From NCBI GenBank assembly GCA_013265495.1, contig MU058540.1, positions 1,389,696 through 1,453,695 of the forward strand: a stretch of DNA of 64,000 nucleotides. Reading direction: 5' to 3'. The position numbers were made by a program, and so were the translations under genes. Origin of the DNA: Vicugna vicugna. Taxonomy: Eukaryota. The notes under the pieces are model-generated. The model did no database searches. It was not told the DNA's origin and saw only the letters and a program-made list of their open reading frames with translations. Below, in pieces: positions 14,350 through 26,903 of this stretch. How positions within the stretch are numbered: position 1 is the stretch's first letter; every line of letters starts with the position of its first letter.

Positions 14350-14478
14350 CCAACTCTAAAGTCAACTCCATGAGGTCAAAAACGTTTGTTTTGTTCACTG
14401 CTGTCTTCGCAGCATTTACAGCAGTGCCTGGAACATAGCAGCCAATCGTTAGATAACTGTCGAAAGAAAGGATGAATA
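14350..14478 (+). mobile_element. L2 3' end abutting the SNRPC promoter
   Basis: ctccatgagg...ttgttcactgctgt...cagtgcctggaacatag...gatgaat. Confidence 0.7.
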
Positions 14479-14559
14479 CCACACTTCGGGATCATCAAGA
14501 ATCTAAGGGCATGGACGTAGATTGAACCTTGCAGGGATCCTTAGTACCACCCTCCCTTT

Positions 14560-14960
14560 CCCGCCTTCCTCTAGGTGAAGGGAGGTGCAGGACAAGCCCC
14601 ACCCCTCGCTCGGCCGCCGATGAGGATAACGCTTCCCAAGAGCGACTCCGCGGGCGGATTGGATGACTGGGTGGGGTTTCTGACGTCATGTTTGACTAAT
14701 CTGTTCCACCCCACGCCGGCGCTTACTTTGTGCGTCACTTCCCGGCGGCGCCGAACGGAGTGACCAACGGCTTACAGAGCAACATGCCGAAGTGAGTGGG
14801 GCCTTGAGTCTAAGGATGTTTGCGGCCTCGATCTCTATAATTGTGTCCCTGCGGGGCAGCTCAGGGCGGGTTCTGGCTCCTGGAGCCTCTAGGGGAGTGT
14901 GAGGGTCTCGGGGAGGGAGGGAGATCGGAAGCTCTAAATACCCTTTTCCGAGTGTGGAGG
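14560..14960 (+). promoter_or_regulatory. SNRPC: SNRPC CpG-island promoter
   Basis: CpG-dense. GC box GGGCGG 14652-14657, inverted CCAAT 14658-14662, full CRE TGACGTCA 14681-14688, overlapping CRE-half/ETS-like CGTCACTTCC 14733-14742. No TATA box. Confidence 0.85.
14784..14791 (+). CDS. SNRPC: SNRPC coding exon 1 (ATG CCG AA)
   Basis: gagcaacATGCCGAA|gtgagt inside the CpG island. Joins the first G of exon 2 to give M-P-K. Confidence 0.95.
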
Positions 14961-17900
14961 TCGACTCCGCGTAAGGCAGCCAAAAAGCTTGATTTATCTC
15001 AGGACGCTTTGACATCTTCGAATCTTGAATACGTCTTTTACTTAATTTTTTTTACCTTCAATGAACAGCTCCTTGTTGGATGGGCATCTGTTAACCGGTT
15101 GTCATCTTCTCTTTTTGTCTACCTTCCTCCTCTTTCCAGGTTTTATTGTGACTACTGCGATACATACCTCACCCATGACTCTGTAAGTAGTGTTTCTGTT
15201 CAGTTTGAAAAAAACTGTATATGTCTGCCATTCGCAACAATGTGGAGGGACCTAATATTAGGCTTAGTGAGCTAAGTCAGAGAAAGACAAATACTCTGTT
15301 ACCACTTATTTGTGGAAGTTAAAAAAAATAAAACGAATATATATAATAAAACAGAAACAGACTCAACTGATATAGAGAACAAACTAGTGGTTACCAGTGG
15401 GGAGGAGCAAAATAGAGGTATAGGATTAAGAGGTATAAACTACTATGTATAAAATAGGTAAGCAACAGAGATATATTATACAGGACAGGGGGATTATATC
15501 TATTATTTTATAGTAAGTTTAAACGGAGTATAAGCTACAAAAATGTTGAATCACTGTGTTGTATACCTGAAACTAACAATGTTGTAAATCAACTATACTT
15601 CAATTTAAAAATAAATTTAAAGAAAGGGAACCTAAAAAAACCTTATGTTTAATTAGTTTTTTTTAATTTTGAAATTTATGCTTTTCATTTTGCTAAGATT
15701 TAAGGGCTACTGCTTGGAGAAAATACCTCAGGGTATTTGTTTTTCCACCCCTCCTGCAACTGTCTTCATAATTTGAAGTTATTAGTCTTCCAGCAGTCAG
15801 TGTTTTCAGTGGTGACCCCAAATAACAAAGCTTTAGCAAACTTGAAGGTAGCAAAAATTTATATGACAAGTGAAAATTCTAGGAAAATGTCCTAAAGTTC
15901 AAGTATTTGATTGTGTCCAAGATTCTCAAATGTTGGATTAAATTGGAAAGAAATGCCTAAATTTGGAATTGAGTACTTTGATTTGATTAAAAACGGCTTA
16001 GCAAATAATAACAGCAATTAAGACTGAATATTGTGTGCCAGGCAGTGTTCCAAATGTTTTACATGTATCATTTTGTTAAATGCTCATGATAATCCTGTGA
16101 CGTTAGTATTATCTCCCATTTTACAGAGGGGGAGACTGAGGCAGTGTTGGTAAATAACTGACTGGATATTATAAAACCAGAAAGTTGAATAGAGCCTAGG
16201 AAGATAAGCCTAGACAGTGTAACTCCAGAGTTTTCTATGTCAGCAGCTCTCAAAATTCTTGTTTCAGAGTCCTTTTACGCTTTTAAAAGTTACTGACTTA
16301 TAACATTTTAAAAGTGAAAAATTGCTATTTTTCCAAAACAAAAAATTTAGTATGAAGAATGGTGTTTTAACATTTTTGGAAACCTCTGTAATGTCTGTCT
16401 TAATAGAAGCTGGCTGAATTCTCATCTTCATTAAATCTTTTGCACTATGTTTTGGTTGAAGTGTGTGAAGAATCCAGCCTCACATGAATATGAGAGAACT
16501 TTAATAGCATTTTTAGACAATTGTGGATATTCTTTAATGCTTTGTATTACTGCACCAAAACTCAACACATGGTTAGTTGCAGTGTGGAGTCTGAAACCAT
16601 ATCAGATGCTCTATTATGTTAAAATTCACTGGTCTGTCTTATACTTTGAGAGGTGCCTGTGAGCCACACCTTGAGAACTGCGGCTCTCTAGCTTGCTGCC
16701 TCTGTAGAGACCTGGTTAAATCAGAACTCTTGATCATCATGTCATCTTGAATAGTACCTGCAAGAACCTAACCAATGATTTCTCTGTTGTCACTTCCTTT
16801 GGAATTCTCTCTAGCACATGGTAAGATGTAGTTCAGCATTAATAGATTTTTAGAACATGTAAGTAGAGTTGTTCCTCTTGAAAAAATAATAGTTGTAAGT
16901 GTTACTACAGATGGTCCTGGAGGAGACTTCTCCAGTAAGTTGGTATTGGTAGTAGGTTGCCTGTAGACTCCTGGTCTTTTTGTTTGGTTTGGTTTTGTAT
17001 TCTTAACTCCTAGTTCAAACTCCTAGCCATAATTTTCTGAAATTGTTAGTGTGTGTGGGGGGCTATGCCTTTCTATCCTTTTCCAGTGCTGTATTGTCAT
17101 ATACTCACTTACCTCTCTAATGCCAGAATTCAGAGAATTGAAAAGTAACTTTATGATAAATATCTCTTTATGATAAATATCGGGAACCCTCGTAAAACTG
17201 TTGTTCTAACATGGTATCTTGTGAAAATATGAAGTTTCCTAGCGATTGAACATTTCCTGTGGTGGACTTTGAAATGTATAAAATGTTCAGTACTCTAACT
17301 TTTGAGCCTTCTGCTGGTTTTTAGGCATAATTTTGTTGTTAGGCTTCGGGCATCATTATTGTATTAGTATAAGCAGTGGTTTGGGAGACAGGGAACAGTA
17401 TTTTGAAATGTAGACCATGAAAAGACAGTTTCTACTAACATGACATTGGTCACACCTGCTCCCGCTGAAGCAGTCATATGAAGAGAGGTAGGAAGCAGGT
17501 AGGCAGCCATGAGGAGCATCTGAATGAGATCTGGATTCTAGGCCTTGGTTTGCTGCTGTCTATGTGTTTTGAGATAAGTCTTTAAGCATAAATAGAAGAT
17601 AGTATCCTTGTGGTTTTTTAATCAGCTTATTGAATTATAATTTATTTTCATTTAAATGCATACATTTTAAGTGTACAGTTTGACTGTTTGTCAGATGATT
17701 ACAACTTGACTTACATACATCAAGATAATGGAACATTTTCGTCACTGCAGAAAGTTCTCCTGTGTTTCTTTGCAGTCAATCCCCTGCACCCCTGACCCCA
17801 AGTGATTTGGTTTTTATTACTAAAGATCATTATTACTGGTTTTAAACTTCATATGAATGGAATCTTACGTACTCTGTGTGTGTGTCTGATATCTTTTGCT

Positions 17901-20900
17901 CAGCATGTTTTTGAGATTTGTCCATATTGCACGTATCAGTGATTCATTCTTTCTGATTATTCCCCTGTGCCATACAGATGTGGTTTTTATGTGGACTGAG
18001 ACACTGCTTGTAAAGTACATAGCATGGTGTCTGGCATGTAGTAAGAGCTAAATAAATAAATGTTAACTTAAAAATATAAAAGGTTAAGTGTGTGGAATCT
18101 ATCTTATGTCATTTACCTCAATAAAGCTGTTAAAAAACAAAAGGATTAGGGGGCTAGAGACAAAGGGCTGTGTGTGATTCACATAGAGTCTGTATTCTAG
18201 ACCAGTGGTCCTTTAAAAAAATATATTCCCATAAATTGTTATTTAAATATATGTGAGCAATATTATTTTGCTGTAGAATAACCTCGGAAAGAGCATAAAA
18301 GTGACATTGTGTCCTAGATGAGTGAATTGCAAACTTTTTTTTTCCCTAGTGGTATATTTTATTTTATTTTTTAAAATACATTTTTATTGAAGTGTAATCA
18401 ATTTACAATGCTGTGTCAATTTCTGATGTACAGCACAATACTTCAGTCATATAGGAACATACATTCATTTTCATATTCCTTTCATCATAAGTTACTACAA
18501 CATATTGAATATGGTTCCCTGTGCTATACAGTATAAACTTGTTTGGATTGCAAACTTTTTCTTCAGATGTCAGATTGTAATTATTTTAGGTTTGTGGACC
18601 ATATGGTCTTTGTTGTAATTACTCAACTGTGCTGTTGCAGAGAGAAGACAAGGCTATACCTAAACAAATTAATGCAGCTATGTTCCAGTACTTTTTTCCA
18701 CAAATTCAGATGGCTCACCCATGGGCCATAGTTTGCTGACTCCAGTTTAGATAATTAATATAGTAGATAAATTACCACAGTACATTGCTAGATAAGTTTT
18801 TAAGTGATGCTTTAGCACCCAGCTGGAGCTGCTAAAGGTAGCCAGTCTACCTATGTAAAGGTAAGGCTTTAAAAATTTTCTGATTTTGGATATTTGTTTC
18901 TTTGTCTGATATGACCTTTTTGTTTTACAGCCATCTGTGAGAAAGACACATTGCAGTGGTAGGAAACACAAAGAGAATGTGAAAGACTACTATCAGAAAT
19001 GGATGGAAGAGCAGGCTCAGAGCCTGATTGACAAAACAAGTACGTTTCAGTCTTTTGTTCTCATGTGGTAGAATGGTCCCATTCTTTTTTGTCCCCGTCT
19101 CTCTTTTGTTTTCCACAGAAGCAACTCATTCTGAATGATAAATAGGAGCATTCTGATGCATTGAATGAAAGAAGTGAAGGTCTTTGGTTTCCCAGGGATA
19201 TAGGAACACATTAATATTAATTATTGAGGTTACAGCAATCAGGTATTGGGTAGACTGGGAAGTGTGGCAGAGAAGAATGAGCTGCCCGGTATTTCTTTAT
19301 TGATGTAGGCCACATTTCGTAACAGATTTATATAAAACCTCCTTTGTAATGATCTATAGTTTTTAGAACTGTTCCTTGTACAGTAGGAAAAGGTAGGGGG
19401 TGAGTTTGTAGTTCTCCTCAGAGAGTTTAAGAGTTTTATTCTGTGTCGTCCTGGAAAAGATAGGTGGTCAAAAAGTAAGTAACTGAAGTGGTGAAACAGT
19501 CTGGCTGTATTTTGGACCCCTATTGTACATATGATACTTTTTTTGTTTAATTAGGAACATTTTTGTTGTTTAGGCTAGTGCAAATCTTAGACATTGTCCC
19601 ATTTCACCTGGAAAATTTTTATAATGTACTTTCCCCTCTATTTGAAAAGATGTTAGAAATTTCTTGCATTAAAGGTTAGCATTATGTTTGTTATTTTTTT
19701 ATACTCGGCAAAATAATTTAGGATGAGTAAACATTTTTGATGGAAGACTTTTAGAGGAGAGGAGGCAAACCCTCAGGGACATACCTTATGATGGTCACGA
19801 TTATGTTGATGTTTAGTCTGCTGTTGATTCAATGGCTTGGAAAACCTTTACTGGGGGATATGATCCCTGAGAGAGCATAGGCTCTGTTTACAGGCATGTC
19901 GGTAGTTGTTCCTGCATCTGTACTCTAGGTCACTTTTTGGATCTGGTCCATATGAATCATTAGTGATCTACCTAAGTAACTTGATCTCCTTTGCACTGGT
20001 GGGGGTGGAGTAGAATGGAGGAATATCTGGGCTGCAGACTGCACTGAACTGGGAAGGACTAACAAATTTAGGAATTGACTTTATGAGTGTGTATTTTAGT
20101 ATTTATTTATGACTCCTTTTTCAAACCAAATATAAATGATCTTCAGTTTCTTTTGTTTTCATTTGTGCCTCATATTGTCTGAAAGAAAAATTAAAAGGTG
20201 ATTGTATTGGACATTTTTTAAGATCATAATCTCCTTCAGGGCAGGCTGTTACATTGAAATCTTTATTTCTTTCACATCTCTTAGCTTGATGTGTTAATTT
20301 CACAAAGTAGTAAACTGAAGTAGCATACTGTTTTCATGCAGGAAAGCATATGTATAGGAAGGACTGAAGTTTTACAAAGCCTGGCCTCTAGGCAGGTATC
20401 ACATTTTTCAAACAAAACTATGAGTGGCTTGAATTGAGTATAAACCGCATCTACAGATTAAAAATGACTGCTTTTCATCGTCATCATCGTTGTTGTTGTT
20501 TTGCTTTGTGGGGGAGATAATCGTGTTTATGTATTTACTTATTTTAATAGAAGTACTGGGGATTGAACCCAGGACCTTGTGCATGCTGAGCATGTGCTCT
20601 ACCACTGAGTTATACCCTCCTGTCCTTAATGACTGCTTCTCTTTGGTAAGACGTTTATAGGTGGGAGGTTTTCACTCCAGTCTCTCAGTTAATTCAGCTA
20701 TAGAAATGCTGACTAAATAAAAACTGGTTAAAAAAGCCAAATCAATAAACCAATTAATTGCAGTTTTAGCTGGTAAATACCTAAAGTTGATTTAAAAATT
20801 GTAGAGGCCATGATGTAGTAATCTTAGATGAGTGCACTTTACACTGAAATAAAGGGACTGTTAAAGATTTAAAAGAAAGTAGTTATTTTAGTAAAAATAA

Positions 20901-23900
20901 ATGGGTTGTTGAATTCTTATTCACTGTGTGTTGTTTTTTTCTCACTCTCTCCAAAGCTGCTGCATTTCAACAAGGAAAGATACCTCCTACTCCATTCTCT
21001 GCTCCTCCTCCTGCAGGGGCAATGATCCCACCTCCCCCCAGTCTCCGTGAGTTTATAAAGTTTTTATCTTAAGGGGTGTAACTGGACAGATTATCCTTTG
21101 ATTTTGTTAGATTATCTCACAGTTGGCTTTCAAATACTCATTAAATGAATACATGGACAGTAATAAAGAACAACTTTAGCATTATAATTTCTGAAATATC
21201 TTTAGAGTTATCTTCTGATTGCATTATTACTAAGGTATTATATTTGTGGCATCCCAAGTGCGTCTGAGACAGATTGAATGGAAAGCTCAGAATGTACCTG
21301 TGGTTAGATGAGCTGATACATGAAGAGGTACTGCTGAGTCCATAAACTATTTACTGCTATAAATACAACACTGGAGGATTGAAGTAGTTGATAAATTCCT
21401 CAGTCTTTCCCCCTATCTTCTAACCTACCTAACACCAATGTATACGCCTTGTGAAAGACAAAAATTGAATAGTTCAAAGGGAGTGGATCCAAGGCCTGTC
21501 CTCTCTGAGAAGGTTTGTTGTTCCTGCATGACAGACAGGAGGAGATTAAGTAACTAGGCCATAAGTTTTTTGGCACTCCTGGAAGAGTTCAGATTGAAAT
21601 TGAACTCAGAGACCTAAACTCAGTCCTGCAAATAATCATGGATGTAAACACAGAGAAGTTTATAATAGTTGCACACTAATGCAGGTGGACCCCTAGTTAC
21701 CCACCAAACCCTTCTCGGAATCCTGTCATCCTGGGACCTGGTCAGGGCTCAGCTCACAGCAGCTCTAAGGTCATCTTACTCTCCTACTCTGTCGTGACTG
21801 GCTGGCACTTAACGCCATTATTTTTACTTCTTTTTTATTTTTTTGTTTTTTATAAGGGGGAGGTAATTAAATTTATTTATTTATTTCTATTTGGAGGAGG
21901 TACTGGGGATTGAACCCAGGACTTCGTGCATGCTAAGCATGTGCTCTGCCACTTGAATTATACCCTCCCCCCCAATTATTTTTAACAGAATTGTCAGTGG
22001 TATGAATGTACCATAATTAGCCTCAGTGTTTTCTTGTTGTTGGACATATAAGTTGTTCCACATTGTTGCTATTCTGAATAATACTGTTAGGGATATCTCT
22101 GTATATACATTTTCATATTTCAAAAGACTCTTAAACCTAAGTTTTGATTGAAAAAAAAAGATTTGAAATTAGGTACTTGTAGATTAAGTTCATCAGTTTT
22201 TTGTCAAGAGCTCTGCAGAGGGTATAATACCCACCTATTGAAAATTAAACTTTTGAAATTTTTTTAACCTGGAAAACTTGTCTTCATTTTATACTTCTGT
22301 CTAGGCAGGCTTGTTCTTGTTTTTTAGCCATAAAGTAACTCAAGTTTTGTGATATACTGGTTTTTGTGGATCTACTATTATAAAAGAAACTGTGAGAAGT
22401 TACAGAATTGTTACAGAATTTGGGCCAGATCATGAAATATCATTAAGAAGAAAAAAATGTTAATATGCAAGCATATCTTAACCTGAGGCCCCATTCTTTA
22501 TTTCAGCGGGTCCTCCTCGCCCTGGTATGATGCCAGCACCCCATATGGGGGGCCCTCCCATGATGCCAATGATGGGCCCTCCGCCTCCTGGGATGATGCC
22601 AGTGGGACCTGGTAGGTTTGAATCTCTAGTCTTTTAGTTCTCCATTTAAATGGAAGAATTAATTAGCTAATTAGCTGTCTAAATGTGTTATTGCAACAAA
22701 TTACAAATGGTGAATGTATAATGATAAAGAGAATTATTTGGTTTATCAGTGTAATTGGATGGTATCCAAAGACCTTGAGCTACTAAAAGCAGGGTAAGAC
22801 TGTCTCTTTTTTTGTTTTCCTTCCTCTCTCTTGTTCCCCACGCTCCTCTTGACTTTTGGCCATTTATAATAAAGGGAAGGGTAGATGTATACTTGTACTG
22901 CTGCTTTTCTCAGTTTGATTTGGAGCTGAGCTACCCCCTGTTGCTGATTTAATCTCGCAGGGTAACTAGGCCAAATTAGTGTATATGAAAAAGGTCTTAG
23001 GTGTGGTAGTCTTTTATTCCAGGAAGGGAAAAAAATCCTTGTACCTCAGACATTTTATTTAAACATAAATGTACATTAATTTGCAGACTTTTCTCATACA
23101 TGGGCCTTTGCTTTGAGAATGAGTCTGCTCATTGGAACACCATGTATTTCTTACAGAAACCAACAAGCCATACCAACTTTAGTTTCATTTTCTTTAAAGT
23201 GATTAGAGGGGTGAGGCAATTTAGTTCCAATTTTTAAAATTTAGTGTTTTTTTTAATGTATTTTTTTGGTGAGGGGAGGTAATTAGGTTTATTTATTTAT
23301 TTACGTTACTGGTAGTGCTGGGACCTCATACATGCTAAGCATGCACTTTACCACTGAAGTAGACCCTTTCCCACTAGTTCCAGTTTTTTATGATGGTCTT
23401 GCCTACCGAATTTGTACTTTTGGGGGATGATTTGCCTGTGTCTTTCTTAGTATCAGCTTTGTCTTCATAGAATCAGTATTTTCCTACATTCATAGTTTAT
23501 TGGTTTATAGAATAATTAAATTATGTAATTAGAATAAATACAACTGACGTAAGAAGCCTACGCTGAACTGGTAAGACAAGGTGCAAAGGTATTACAGTAG
23601 CCTCCTAGCCGGAAGCATTCAGTATGCTTGCTGTGGGTATCATTTAGAGGGATGAGAGAGAATAGGTAGAAAGTTCCTGCCTTTCTGTCTTGTGAACCCA
23701 AAACACAATCAGAATGATTGAGATGTCTCTTGCTTTCTTAAACTGGGGTTACAAATTCAGATTCCTAGAGGGCTTAGGGATGTGAACTGGGGAATGCATG
23801 ACTTGTCTAAAAAAGGCTTCTAGTATCAGTGTCAGCCTGTGGTTGACATTTGAGAATACAGGCTTGGTGTTGCCAGTTCTCCTGAGTATTTTCTTGTTGT

Positions 23901-25439
23901 TGTTTTTAGCCAGGATAAAATAATATAATTATGGGATTTGCAGTAAAATAATTGAGTACGTGGTGGGTGGGCAGGGATGAATGGATGGGGATGAGATAAA
24001 ACAAAGTTGACTGTGGGTGGATAATTGTGAAGCTGGATGATGGGTACATGGATGTTCATTATATTCTTATAGTCTATTCTTGTGTAAGTTTCAATATTTC
24101 CATAATGAAAAGTTGAAAAAAGGAATCTAGATTTACATACTAGTAGTAAGACATATTAGTTGCCAATATTGACAACTAATTAAAATTTAATGTACTATAG
24201 AGAGCAAAGAAATCAAGTTTTCAGGTGCCTCATTTTAATCTTTGGTCTAGATCAGTTTCTTCTAAGAAATGCTGAATGCACATTATATTATGGAGGGATT
24301 TTTAACAAAGTATTTAGAAGTTTAGTGTTACTGTTTCTGTTTAAATTATTCTGTACCTGTTGAATTTTGTGTCTTTGCATATACTTGTGTTTTACTTTTA
24401 GTGATAAGGCTGTATTCAGTTTGAAATAGTTTCCTCTTGAACCATTTATTGTAAGCCTTTAATCAAAATGATCTAGTTAAAAATAAATTAGGTAAAATTT
24501 GATATTTAAAAAGATATAAGATGAAAATTATATGAGACATAATAATAAACTGAGTACCATGAACCCACCACCCAGCTGAGGAAGTAGAACATTACCAGTC
24601 CCATGAGCTGCCTCTATTCCTCCCCAGCCTCCACCTGTCTGCTTGCCCTCCCTTCCCTAGCTCATTTATTTGGCTGGTATATTGCTGGGACACTTAAAAA
24701 AAAATCATTAATGGTTTCTAAAATGCATTAGAAAAATCAGATTTGTGTGTGTATGTGCTAATTGTTATAAATCACGTTATTGCTATTATTTTTCTTGACT
24801 TGAGCTAAGTATGGTTACTAACAGGTTCTCAGCATGGGCCTCCTGCTCACCTTTCCTACAACTCCGAACAAACGCTTAGTGGTAAGATTGTCCTCTGTGC
24901 CTGTGTACATTCATGAAATAGCTCCTGGTTATATGGTGGATAGAACTGATTAAAAGAACTGACTGAATAAAATGTGACTTAGTTGTGAATTTCCCTGAGT
25001 GAGAAAAAGGTCAATTTAGGGAACTAGTCCCTGGTGATTTCTGGAAAGCAATCTTTTAATAGTTTCCCCCTTACTATCATTAGATCATGATTCCCATATG
25101 GTTCTTGTGTTGACCTTTTTGTTTTTTTGTATGAGAATGTCTAAGTAATTTACAGATGTGATGAATTTGTTGCATTTCTTCTGTCAAGTATGTCTTTTTT
25201 CCAGCATTTTGCAGGGCGGGGGGCTACTTTTTTGTTTTTAATTGAAGTTCCATCAAGCTCTCATAAGTAGTATTTTCTGACTCTGTTTTTTCCGTCTCTT
25301 TGTTTCGCCTGCAGCTCCTGGAATGAGGCCGCCTATGGGAGGCCACATGCCAATGATGCCTGGACCTCCAATGATGAGACCTCCCGCCCGTCCCATGATG
25401 GTGCCCACTCGACCAGGGATGACTCGACCAGACAGATAA
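14784..25439 (+). CDS. SNRPC: U1 small nuclear ribonucleoprotein C, complete spliced CDS (6 exons, 159 aa)
   Basis: Exons of 8+43+109+90+105+125 = 480 nt with GT-AG introns and consistent phases. Translation [64 protein letters not shown]...[15 protein letters not shown] matches U1-C (matrin-type C2H2 zinc finger plus Pro/Met-rich tail). Confidence 0.98.
15140..15182 (+). CDS. SNRPC: SNRPC exon 2 ([14 protein letters not shown])
   Basis: Long pyrimidine tract, ccag|G...TCT|gtaagt. Contains the zinc-finger CxxC. Confidence 0.98.
15222..15620 (+). mobile_element. L1 3' end fragment in SNRPC intron 2
   Basis: ctgccattcgcaacaatgtgg...acaaactagtggttacc...aatcaactatacttcaatt followed by an A-rich tail. 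Confidence 0.85.
16005..16230 (-). mobile_element. MIR
   Basis: cccattttacagagggggagactgaggca core. Confidence 0.7.
16241..16684. mobile_element. Charlie1/MER33-like hAT element
   Basis: Ends cagcagctctcaaa and ttgagaactgcg resemble Charlie terminal inverted repeats. Confidence 0.55.
18340..18546 (-). mobile_element. Short L1 3' UTR insertion
   Basis: TSD attgcaaacttttt at 18326-18339 and 18547-18560. Interrupts a MER58-like element. Confidence 0.8.
18547..18745. mobile_element. MER58-like hAT DNA transposon remnant
   Basis: gcaaactttttct...attttaggtttgtggaccatatggtc...gggccatagtttgctgac resembles the MER58A consensus as recalled. Confidence 0.6.
18931..19039 (+). CDS. SNRPC: SNRPC exon 3 ([36 protein letters not shown])
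   Basis: ttttacag|CCA...ACA A|gtacgt, 109 nt. Confidence 0.98.
20474..20627 (-). mobile_element. vic-1-like SINE in SNRPC intron 3
   Basis: A and B boxes present. TSD aatgactgctt at 20463-20473 and 20628-20638. Confidence 0.88.
20957..21046 (+). CDS. SNRPC: SNRPC exon 4 ([30 protein letters not shown])
   Basis: ccaaag|CT...CTC C|gtgagt, 90 nt. Confidence 0.97.
21827..21973 (-). mobile_element. vic-1-like SINE in SNRPC intron 4
   Basis: Full head and tail. TSD attattttta at 21817-21826 and 21975-21984. Confidence 0.88.
22507..22611 (+). CDS. SNRPC: SNRPC exon 5 ([35 protein letters not shown])
   Basis: tttcag|CG...CCT G|gtaggt, 105 nt. Confidence 0.97.
23240..23373 (-). mobile_element. vic-1-like SINE with B-box deletion, SNRPC intron 5
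   Basis: Head and tail recognisable. Near-perfect TSD tagttcca(a/g)ttttt. Confidence 0.8.
25315..25439 (+). CDS. SNRPC: SNRPC exon 6 coding part ([41 protein letters not shown])
   Basis: ctgcag|CT..., with TAA at 25437-25439. Confidence 0.97.
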
Positions 25440-25640
25440 GGCGATTGGGGAGCCTCTTTATATCAGTTTTATATTACTCGTTCTACTTCACCAGGAGATT
25501 GTGGTGCTGTGACTCTGGATGTTTTTTTAACAGCGTGACAAGGAAGACTTGCTCCCGCCTTCCTATCAGAGAGAGAATAGTTTTGGAGGGGAGTAGTTGA
25601 GGGGAAAAAAACAATTTTCATTTGTATTGTGAAATGTGAA

Positions 25641-25646
25641 AATAAA
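25641..25646 (+). terminator. SNRPC: SNRPC polyadenylation signal AATAAA
   Basis: First AATAAA about 200 nt after the stop. Upstream TGTA, and a U-rich downstream element at ~25671-25690. Confidence 0.8.
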
Positions 25647-26041
25647 ATTGTCAACTCTTTTAGTTAAAAATTGTTCCCTTTTTTCTCACTTCTGTATTAT
25701 AAAGGAGGTGAAGTGTTTCAGCTGGGTTTCTCTAGCTCATTCTTCGGCATGCTCTCTGTGTGACAGTCTTGCCTTAGGTGTAGAGTGGGTCCTTTTTGGT
25801 ACCTTGCCTTTATTTGTGCAAAGCCTTTTGTAAATCTAAAACTTCTAGAGCTTTTGTTGATTAAAATAATAAACAGCACATGGATAATTTTCACATGAAT
25901 AACACTTTGCATAGTAAGTGGAAAATTTTAAGTCTTATACTGAAATAGAGAAAAAGGCTTCACAGTGAGCGCATATCAGCTAAGAATGGCAAAAATTGCC
26001 TTAACCTCAGCTTCTCCTTTCACTCAGCTCCTCTTTTTCTT

Positions 26042-26903
26042 TTTTTCTTTTTTTTTTAACATTTTTTATTGATTTATAATCATTTTACAATGTTGTGTCA
26101 AATTCCAGTGTTCAGCACAATTTTTCAGTCATTCATGGACATATACACACTCATTGTCACATTTTTTTCTCTGTGATTTATCATAACATTTTGTGTATAT
26201 TTCCCTGTGCTATACAGTGTAATCTTGTTTATCTATTCTACAATTTTGAAATCCCAGTCTATCCCTTCCCACCCTCTACCCCCCTGGTAACCACAAGTCT
26301 GTATTCTCTGTCCATGAGTCTTTAGATTCCACATATGAGCGATCTCATATGGTATTTTTCTTTCTCTTTCTGGCTTACTTCACTTAGAATGACATTCTCT
26401 AGGAGCATCCATGTTGCTGCAAATGGCGTTATGTTGTCGGTTTTTATGGCTGAGTAGTATTCCATTGTATAAATATACCACATCTTCTTTATCCAGTCAC
26501 CTATTGATGGACATTTAGGCTGTTTCCATGTTTTGGCTATTGTAAATAGTGCTGCTATGAACATTGGAGTGCAGGTGTCATCCTGAAGTAGATTTCCTTC
26601 TGGATACAAGCCCAGGAGTGGGATTCCTGGGTCATATGGTAAGTCTATTCCTAGTCTTTTGAGGAATCTCCACACTGTTTTCCATAGTGGCTGCACCAAA
26701 CTGCATTCCCACCAGCAGTGTAGGAGGGTTCCCCTTTCTCCACAGCCTCTCCAGCATTTGTCATTTTTGGATTTTTGAATGACGGCCATTCTGACTGGTG
26801 TGAGGTGATACCTCATTGTAGTTTTGATTTGCATTTCTCTGATAATTAGTGATATTGAGCATGTTTTCATGTGCTTTTTGATCATTTGTATGTCTTCCTT
26901 GGA
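26042..26903 (-). mobile_element. Young 5'-truncated LINE-1 (ORF2 C-terminus, 3' UTR, poly-A)
   Basis: Uninterrupted 187-aa ORF at 26322-26885 (...[11 protein letters not shown]...HCWWEC...[14 protein letters not shown]...). 13-bp TSD tcctctttttctt at 26029-26041 and 26904-26916. Confidence 0.95.

Noticed and set aside
14686..15275. 109-aa (-) and 144-aa (+) ORFs around SNRPC intron 1
   Set aside because: They start at non-ATG codons. The + ORF is simply intron sequence running through exon 2 in frame.
26322..26885. 187-aa minus-strand ORF
   Set aside because: C-terminus of L1 ORF2 in a 5'-truncated insertion, not a host gene.
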